From: Eukaryota sp. TZLM1-RC
Taxonomy: Eukaryota; Protista; Metamonada: BaSk clade
Assembly: GCA_040285825.1 (NCBI GenBank)
Contig: JAUPSS010000006.1
Location: forward strand, 868,001 to 932,000
Direction of reading: 5' to 3'
DNA: 64,000 nt
Shown here: positions 56,851 through 64,000 of the stretch, in pieces
Layout: each line of letters starts with the position of its first letter
How positions within the stretch are numbered: position 1 is the first letter of the stretch
Position numbers and translations under genes: made by a program
Notes under the pieces: model-generated
Databases searched by the model: none
The model's input: the letters and a program-made list of their open reading frames with translations, nothing else
Told to the model about the DNA's origin: nothing

Positions 56851-57600
56851 TTAAAACACATAAGAAACAAAATTCTCCACGCCAACTCTTGATGAATCCT
56901 TATAAAGTTTGGACATCATTAAACTCAAGTACTTGGGAACCCTTCTGTACAAAGCGAAAATGATACGATCTTTCCATAAATTCCCTGCAAAATTCTTACC
57001 ACTTGAGCGACATAAATTACCAAAAACATTGAGAAAATTTCAAGACAGACTGTCCAATGTTGCCAAAAATCGAAAAGGCAAAAGGAATAAAGGAAAACCT
57101 CAATTAAAGGTTCTTATTTAAATCATTTTATATTTCAGTATACCTATCTCTTTTACGATCTTCAGCCTTGTTTGAATGACCATTAGTACTAAGTAAAACA
57201 TCATCACAATAGCTAAAAGCAAAGGGACTCTGTAGTAAAATCAACAACAACTTGAGAGGAATCCACAAAAGGAGCAATTAAATCACCTCAATGTGAACAG
57301 ATAATGATCACTATAATGCTTCAACACAGGTTCTACTTTGCAACTAAAATTGTAACACTTAAACATGTCATGTGTCAAATCATGAATGGCATTATGAAGA
57401 ACTGACCGATATTGAAGAAATTTCTTAAAACTTACAAAATGACGGAATTTGGCAGTAGGTTTTTCGTTACAAATACAAACAGAATTATCGAAAAGACCAC
57501 TTGAATACAACCCTTATCTCAACCGCATGATTTGTGTCCAAGCTTCATTTGTTAGTGAAGACCAAATGACCTTGGTTGCTGATATATTAAGCTAGTGCAA
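56851..57600 (-). mobile_element. 3' fragment of CRE-like family D (duplicate copy)
   Basis: Duplicate of 54975-55800. Confidence 0.85.
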
Positions 57601-57829
57601 TTCTGGATGTCTGATAAAATGGAAGCAAAGACAAGCTTATTGATATCAGTTACACTTAGTCGTTGTAAAAAACTCTAAGACTTCAAAACCAATTAAAACA
57701 GACTGATGTTATTTCACAACAACAGAATGAAGATTAGTCAAAGATCTCGATGGTACAGAATGCAAACTTGAAGGACAACACTTATTCCACATCAATAGGT
57801 AGTTACAGCTCCTTCTTTTCGAGCGAAAT

Positions 57830-58210
57830 TAATACCGTGGATGTTTGCAAGAAAAATGACTTGAGAAACGCTCAATCTGAAGTATCCCTCCTTGATGACT
57901 CCACATGGTACAAACGAATAAAAATATGCAAGTCCTTTGAAAGAATTGAAATCGTTAATGGTCGTCGTGAAAAGACTGCTATGAATTTTATTGATGATTT
58001 TGAAAAATTTGTAGAAGGAGGAATCAGCTTTTCGATCGTTGCTTGTGGTTAAATTGTTTTTACCATTTTTCAAATCAATTCCTAAAATGATTTCGAAAGC
58101 TTTAATGTCTGTCAGTACACATTACGAAGACATCGCTGCTGTAAGGTTTGATGGTGTGGAAGCTTGTTTTGAAGATATTGACTTTTAGACTGTGGCTTTG
58201 AAAATAAATT
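57830..58210 (+). mobile_element. Degraded 3' end of a CRE-like element
   Basis: TVDVCKKN.. and VFTIFKSIPKMISKALMSVSTHYEDIAAVRFDGVEACFEDIDF*, followed by AATAAA. Confidence 0.75.
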
Positions 58211-58912
58211 AAAATACAGAAGAAAAATGAAATCCAGATTCAAAATAATTGCTGAAAGGAACACTCTGATCATCAATAATGAAATCAGCAGGCTTTTTAC
58301 CAATCTATAATCATTTGGACATATTTAGAGAAAGACTAATTTGATAAAAATATAGAAACCATGATTTTATTGAAGATACACAACTCGATCATATTGAACT
58401 TGTATTGATCAAACACAGTGTGTTGTCAAACTACCACTCTGTACTCCTTTGATGCCCAAAATGAAAACGAAATGAGAAAGGTAACGTGTAGGAAGTCACT
58501 TCAAAAAAACTTCTATGAATCACATTTCTATTTCCTTTCAAATACTTACCAAGAATGAAAAAAAACTTCGTGTTTAAAAAATGTGGTGTGATCTAATAAG
58601 TAGATATGGTAAACCAATGTGATCATTGAATAAAATTCATGTAGTTCAGGTAGATTCGTAAAGCTAACTTAAAAAAGACATACATTGGTTGATATATTGG
58701 AGAAGACATGCAACGAGTGAAGCATTTTCAGGAATTACGTCAGTAGAGCAGCATTTTTTTGAACTTTGAATCAAATGGTGAATTCGCATGACCCCTTAAA
58801 ATCTGTGAATAATAAACAAAATACTTATGAATAAAAAAACTTCAATTATATCAATGACCCAATACAAAATAAGGATTTATGGGTCAAATTCAACAAAGAT
58901 AATTAGGCAAGC

Positions 58913-60586
58913 TCAATGTTGATCCCTTCCAGACACCCAAACTATTGAATTTGCAATCAATAAATGACCATCTGTGGAGCTTTGCCATCCACCAAAATAA
59001 CCACTATCAATACTATATCCCACTGAAGCAAAATCCACCACTCTACTTTTGTTAAATTGTCTCTTCAAAACTAGAGGATCTCCATTTTTCAAAGTGGCAA
59101 CAGTTTGAAATTCAGGAGTAATAAAACTGTAGTGTGCACCATAAACACAAGAAAAAGACTTGACTGATTTCATAATTAAATCATTCTTCTTGTAACGACC
59201 TAGTCCAACGACAGAATCGAAAAATTTGCAACAACTCAAACCCTTAAACGCTCCATATTTAAAATCACCCCTAATGTTGTTTCCAAAACAACTGAACAAA
59301 ACCAAACCTTTACCAGCTTTTACAATTTTTTCAAGTAGTGTGGCTTGGACAGGTAAACCAACATTGTCATAAACAAATGCATCAAAATTGTAAATGCTGA
59401 TTGAATTTGGTTCATCAGTAGAAAAAATTTGTACCTCAAGATGGGGCCAATTTTGAAAAAATCCTCTCTTCAGTGTTTGAGAAATATCATCATGGAACCT
59501 GACATCCACCCACAAACAGACCTTAATTAATGAAAAACTTGGCTGAATTTGTTGGTCATTTCTTTGAACATATCGTTTTAATACTTCGTTTTGATTATAT
59601 AATTCCTCAACAATAGCATGTAAATTTAGAATTTCAATATTAAGCTTTTCTAATTGTTGACTTTGACCTTTAATTATTTCAGACTGTTGACTGTTCAATT
59701 CCGCTAATTTCTGATTTTCTTGACTATTTGGATGCAAATCGGATAAAGAATGATCATCAGGACTGCGATTTTTCTGTTTATTCACAATTTCAAATTGACT
59801 GATCAAATCATTCAAAACCTCCAAAATTCGGTTAATACTAGGCCTGTTTGATGGATAATTATCCATGCAGTTATTGATAATATTTTGTAATGATACAGGA
59901 GTTGTTTCATCAAATGGTAACTTAGTACCATTATATTTGGCTCCTAATAAAGCTATTTGAGAGTTGATACCCTCAAAGGCGATTTTATTTGTAAGTAATT
60001 CATATAGAATTATCCCTAGGGAGTAGACATCACTTTCTTGGGTTGAATTGTTATCAAAGGCTTCCAAGGCAGCATATTTGGGCGTCATGGCATTAATGGT
60101 TTTCAGGGTGGCTGTTTCAGCAATAATTTTAGAAGTTCCAAAATCAGAGATTCTGGGGCGACCATCAACCATAAGAATGTTCTGGGGCTTTAAATCTCTA
60201 TGGATAAAGTTGTTCGAGTGAAGAAATTGAAGAGCAGAGGTAATGGAGATCGCGTGTGAAAGCGACCTGCGAGATATAGGGGAGGGTGTGTGGAGGGAAG
60301 AAGAGGCACGATCCATGACAATACCCATTTTACCGTCGAGGTAGGTAACTCCATAGACGCGGATAATGCCAGGATGGTTGAGGAGAGATAAAAGTCCGAG
60401 TTCCTTCTTAAGGTTGGTCTCCCCTTCGTTTGTAAGAGCGACAACTTTAATGGCAACGAAGTGGGAGAACCACTGAGCGGCGAAAACAGTAGCGAAACCA
60501 CCACGCCCGATCTCTCCGTTGACAATGTCAATGGTGATTTCATTGGGAGGTATTTCTCGGCAGGGGAAGAAGGAGGCAGAGGACAT
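58913..60586 (-). CDS. TKL-like Ser/Thr protein kinase + coiled coil + C-terminal ThuA/class I GATase-like domain
   Basis: GRGGFATV, VAIK, HRDLKPQN, DFG, TPKYAALE, SDVYSLG; heptad segment; C-terminal LEKIVKAGKGLVLF...GDPLVL...RVVDF...DGHLLIANSIVW. First ATG at 60586 (the ORF track starts at an upstream TTG, 60619). Confidence 0.9.
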   Translation of the reverse strand: MSSASFFPCREIPPNEITIDIVNGEIGRGGFATVFAAQWFSHFVAIKVVALTNEGETNLKKELGLLSLLNHPGIIRVYGVTYLDGKMGIVMDRASSSLHTPSPISRRSLSHAISITSALQFLHSNNFIHRDLKPQNILMVDGRPRISDFGTSKIIAETATLKTINAMTPKYAALEAFDNNSTQESDVYSLGIILYELLTNKIAFEGINSQIALLGAKYNGTKLPFDETTPVSLQNIINNCMDNYPSNRPSINRILEVLNDLISQFEIVNKQKNRSPDDHSLSDLHPNSQENQKLAELNSQQSEIIKGQSQQLEKLNIEILNLHAIVEELYNQNEVLKRYVQRNDQQIQPSFSLIKVCLWVDVRFHDDISQTLKRGFFQNWPHLEVQIFSTDEPNSISIYNFDAFVYDNVGLPVQATLLEKIVKAGKGLVLFSCFGNNIRGDFKYGAFKGLSCCKFFDSVVGLGRYKKNDLIMKSVKSFSCVYGAHYSFITPEFQTVATLKNGDPLVLKRQFNKSRVVDFASVGYSIDSGYFGGWQSSTDGHLLIANSIVWVSGRDQH

Positions 60587-60941
60587 GTTGGGGTCAAAAC
60601 AAAACTCCTTGAGGAACAAAAATTTAAAAATAGAGAGTCATTTGTCATTTATTAGATTGATAATAAATTCATTGAACAAAACGAAATGAAACTAAGCCAA
60701 ATGAGTAAACTTCACTTATTTCACCTGATGTGACTCCGTCACCAATTAATTGAAGTGCCAAATCTGATTGATTGAAATGAATATTCATTGATTTTCCATA
60801 AATTATGATTGTGTGTTATAGCCAAGGCTAAGCCTGGTAGAAAAGAAAAGAGGTGCATCTATTCAAAAAAAGGTTCAACTAATCATCACCAAATCTTCTC
60901 TGAATCTTTGACCGGGGGTCCTAAAGTGACCCAAAGCATTG

Positions 60942-63433
60942 AGTTGGATTAAATGATATTTGCTTACACTATAATTTGAGATTATTACCATAAAAAGTAG
61001 GAAAACACCGATTACTATGTTTCCTACAATTATATCAACTATATTTTACTCATATCCATATCTTTTCCACCAAAGGTCCATTTTTGTCAAAGTAGTTGCC
61101 CTATGATCAACGGACAAATCTCCTCGCTAGTCTCTGATCAATGGTATAATGGTTCATGATGTTTTCCTGTTTTTTTTTCAATATCAAACGGGAAAAGAAT
61201 CAAAAATTGTTTTGTAGAAAAACGCCTTATGGAAGATTAAGTGTTTGTTGATGCATCAATAGCGCCATTGGCTGAATTTCACACAATAAACTAATCCATA
61301 AACAAGAGATAACGTTAGAAAGGATACCTGGGTTATATCAAACCGACACAATCAACTAAAACAGTTACAAACAAGAGAAAAGATTCACTCAATGTTAGAA
61401 AACCGACCTATTTCTGACATATACAGGTCAACTGATAATACAGCTTGCCCTAATAACATTCAAACCAACAACAACAACAAATAGTTGGACAACCTATGTT
61501 GGGATTCAAACACTGGTTTCAATGTTTCTTTTCAGGGAAGAAAATCCGAGTTGAATACAAATAGGTATTTATGATTTCACATCCACATTGTTCCTTGTAC
61601 AATTTAAAGGATTTGGTGAAGAAGGCTGTGGCGAACATTGTCTATGTTAATGTTAGTGAATAAAATCTTAACCAAAAAAATTTGGTAATGAAAAAGCTAA
61701 TGCACTCTTTTAAGCCATAAAAAAAGAATAGAATTCCACTCTTTCTCCTTAAGATCTCCTTTAACAACATCATTGATCCCGTATGTGTTAGCACATTTGC
61801 CCGTGCCCTAGAATATAGCTCCACTCTCTCTGTATTGTCTCATTCCAACAACAACATTGTCCTGAAGGAACATGCTCCAAAATCCCATTCCACTCTTTCT
61901 CAATTTTATCTTTCCAAAAGCAACATTGGCAATTCAGCCGGATCCACGCTTGAACAAATATCATCTTATCGTCCTTTTCTAAGGATTTTTTGTTAATGAA
62001 CACCTTTTTAAATTATTCTATTATGCAATCTTATTTTGCACCATTAAATTTTCCAAAAATTAATAAAACGAATCAGCTGATGTTCAATTATTCACAAGCA
62101 AATCAAAACTTCGGATTGGAGGGAAATTCATTCAGGGGTCTTTTTTTAGCTTATACATTTAATTCATTTAATATAAAATATGAAAATATAAAATACAGAA
62201 TTAAAACTTCACATCCTCAAAACCTGCTTCCTTTAAAACAAAACAATTAACTGCCAAAGATTCAAAGAATTTCCCAAAAGAAGAAAGTGAATCAGAAATC
62301 AGTTTCACCATTCTCTTGAAAATAGCAAATACAATCCTGTTGTGCCAGTAAAAACGATTGAAAATTCTTTCAGTTTTTCTCTTTACAACTACTACAACAA
62401 GAACCTCAAGGAAAGCCAAAGTAGCCTTACCTGGAGATCCAAGCAAAGCAAAAACAAAAGGACATTGATTATATTGGGCACGAGAATTTTCATTAATCGA
62501 GGAAATGGGTTTTGCATATTTAGCAATTTTCTATTTTTCGCCTGCAAGGAGAGGATTATTTACATCCGAGATAATGAGCTGTTCGTTAGAAAAAATACAG
62601 GGGTCAATAGACAAGCAACAAAAGCACCTTCAATAGCATTAATACCAAGTTGGACAGGTTTCAAATCGTCCCTTGCCTTAGAAGAAATTCATTAAAAACA
62701 AGAGAAGAAAGCAACCTGGTTAAAGACTCTCCAATAGCAATTGGTCTAACTCCATCAGGTTTGTTACTTGATTTCTGGTTTAACATAAGCACTTGTGTAT
62801 CACAAACAGAATTTTGAGTTTTAAAAATCAGGAAACTCCAAACAATAGCTTTTTGGTCAACCATGAAATTTTCCAAATGGGTTGTCATCCTTCGCTAAGA
62901 CGAATATAGTTTAACTTCTGTCAAAGGTTAGGCATTCAGTCCTTCTCAGTCTACACAAAGGGATATTTTTCAGTAGTTGAAAAACAGGATTGGGAAATGA
63001 CTTTTCTGGTCTTTGATACCTAACAAATCATGGTTTTTACCAAGAACTAACAATTTTTAATAACTGAACAACGAACCATAACTAAAGCTTTGACCTCCAC
63101 CAACACCATCAATTGAATGTAGTTAATATAACGAGGAAGAGCTATCATTAACGAAAATAGAATTCTGATCTTCCATATCATATGAGCGAATCTACAACCA
63201 CTTTCCATTGAGAAGAATTCCCAGGTCATCTAAATAATTGAAATCTTCAGTTCCGAGGGTATGAAATTGATGTATTTACCCAGTGCCCGATTGGACTTCT
63301 TTTTTATCCCTTGGAAGGCTCAAGAACATTAAGTAAATGTCAAATGTCAGAATTTGAGACTCTGTTCCATGGAGACTCAGTTGTACAATCAACAACTGCC
63401 CAAAATTTTGGAATTTTAATGCATTTTGGTGAC
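60942..63433 (+). repeat. Segmental duplication, copy 2 (copy 1 at 42833-45322)
   Basis: Collinear match from 'agttg.attaaatgatatttgct' to 'cattttggtgac'; includes an LRR remnant (about 61571-61960) and CRE fragments (about 62200-62770). Confidence 0.95.
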
Positions 63434-63499
63434 CACAAACAAGCCATAAACCATACTAAAAACGGCTCTAAAAAGGAATCTACTCGATATGATTTACAC

Positions 63500-64000
63500 A
63501 TTTAATTTAATTCAATTTGGAGCACAGTCGGAAGCATCCAATTCAAATTCACTGAAAAAATATGAATGGATGAGGCTAACATATGGTGAATGGTCACGTC
63601 TCAATAGAAAACACAAACAAGTGTTACAATTTTGTGTTAGACAAAATAATGGTAATAGTGAAGACAGACAATGACCATTGAGGAATGGAATTCGTGGTTA
63701 CGTGATCATGATTCAAAAACTGTTGATTACCACAAATTCAGAGAGTTTATGTTAGCCAAGTGTAAACACTACAATGCAGTGAAACAATTTTATAGTTTAC
63801 CCTTATGGAGGATACATAATATCCAAAGTTATATCCATAGGCAAAAAAATGAAGAAAGAATTGTGAACAAGTTATTGACAACATTCGGTGGTAAAGACAA
63901 AATGGTATTGTGTATTGGGGACTTGGGTCGTAAACCAATCAGTAATCTCAAACATAGTCCCCCAACTCCTTCCAATAAATGGATAAGTTGTTTTCTTAGA
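63500..64000 (+). mobile_element. Fanzor1-like (eukaryotic TnpB) RNA-guided nuclease fragment, 5'-truncated, running off the window
   Basis: 63671-64000 is open for 110 codons: MTIEEWNSWLRDHDSKTVDYHKFREFMLAKCKHYNAVKQFYSLPLWRIHNIQSYIHRQKNEERIVNKLLTTFGGKDKMVLCIGDLGRKPISNLKHSPPTPSNKWISCFLR; preceded across one frameshift by NLIQFG...YEWMRLTYGEW. Confidence 0.72.

Larger units (their letters stand above)
54220..57887 (+). repeat. Head-to-tail tandem duplication (54220-56091 and 56092-57887)
   Basis: Junction ...ctgaagtatcc|tgaagcggaatc...; each copy carries the PH-domain tail, 3' flank and a CRE family D fragment. Confidence 0.95.

Overview
AT-rich eukaryotic DNA, not prokaryotic: long intronless ORFs in the standard code, no operons, rRNA, tRNA or CRISPR seen. 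It looks like an intron-poor protist, but the species cannot be determined here. Much of the window is nested, decaying transposon sequence: at least four families of single-ORF RLE-type (CRE-like) non-LTR retrotransposons (one full-length with an 11-bp TSD, one young 5'-truncated copy with a 20-nt poly(A)), chromodomain-bearing Ty3/Gypsy remnants, four hAT remnants (three with 8-bp TSDs) and a Mutator element with a 9-bp TSD. Six intact genes sit among these: a bacterial-type trypsin-like serine protease, a 1166-aa protein with a defence-type SIR2-like domain, two divergent RCC1-repeat/LRR paralogues, a 2966-aa RCC1/acidic-repeat/PH protein and a TKL-like kinase fused to a ThuA/GATase-like domain. 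There are also four LRR pseudogenes and several segmental or tandem duplications. The most notable signals are (1) a Fanzor1-like (eukaryotic TnpB, RNA-guided nuclease) frame running off the right edge, whose main part is absent from the ORF track, (2) the SIR2-like protein resembling bacterial anti-phage NADases, and (3) the apparently horizontally acquired protease. All family assignments come from motif recognition by eye and need HMM or structure confirmation.
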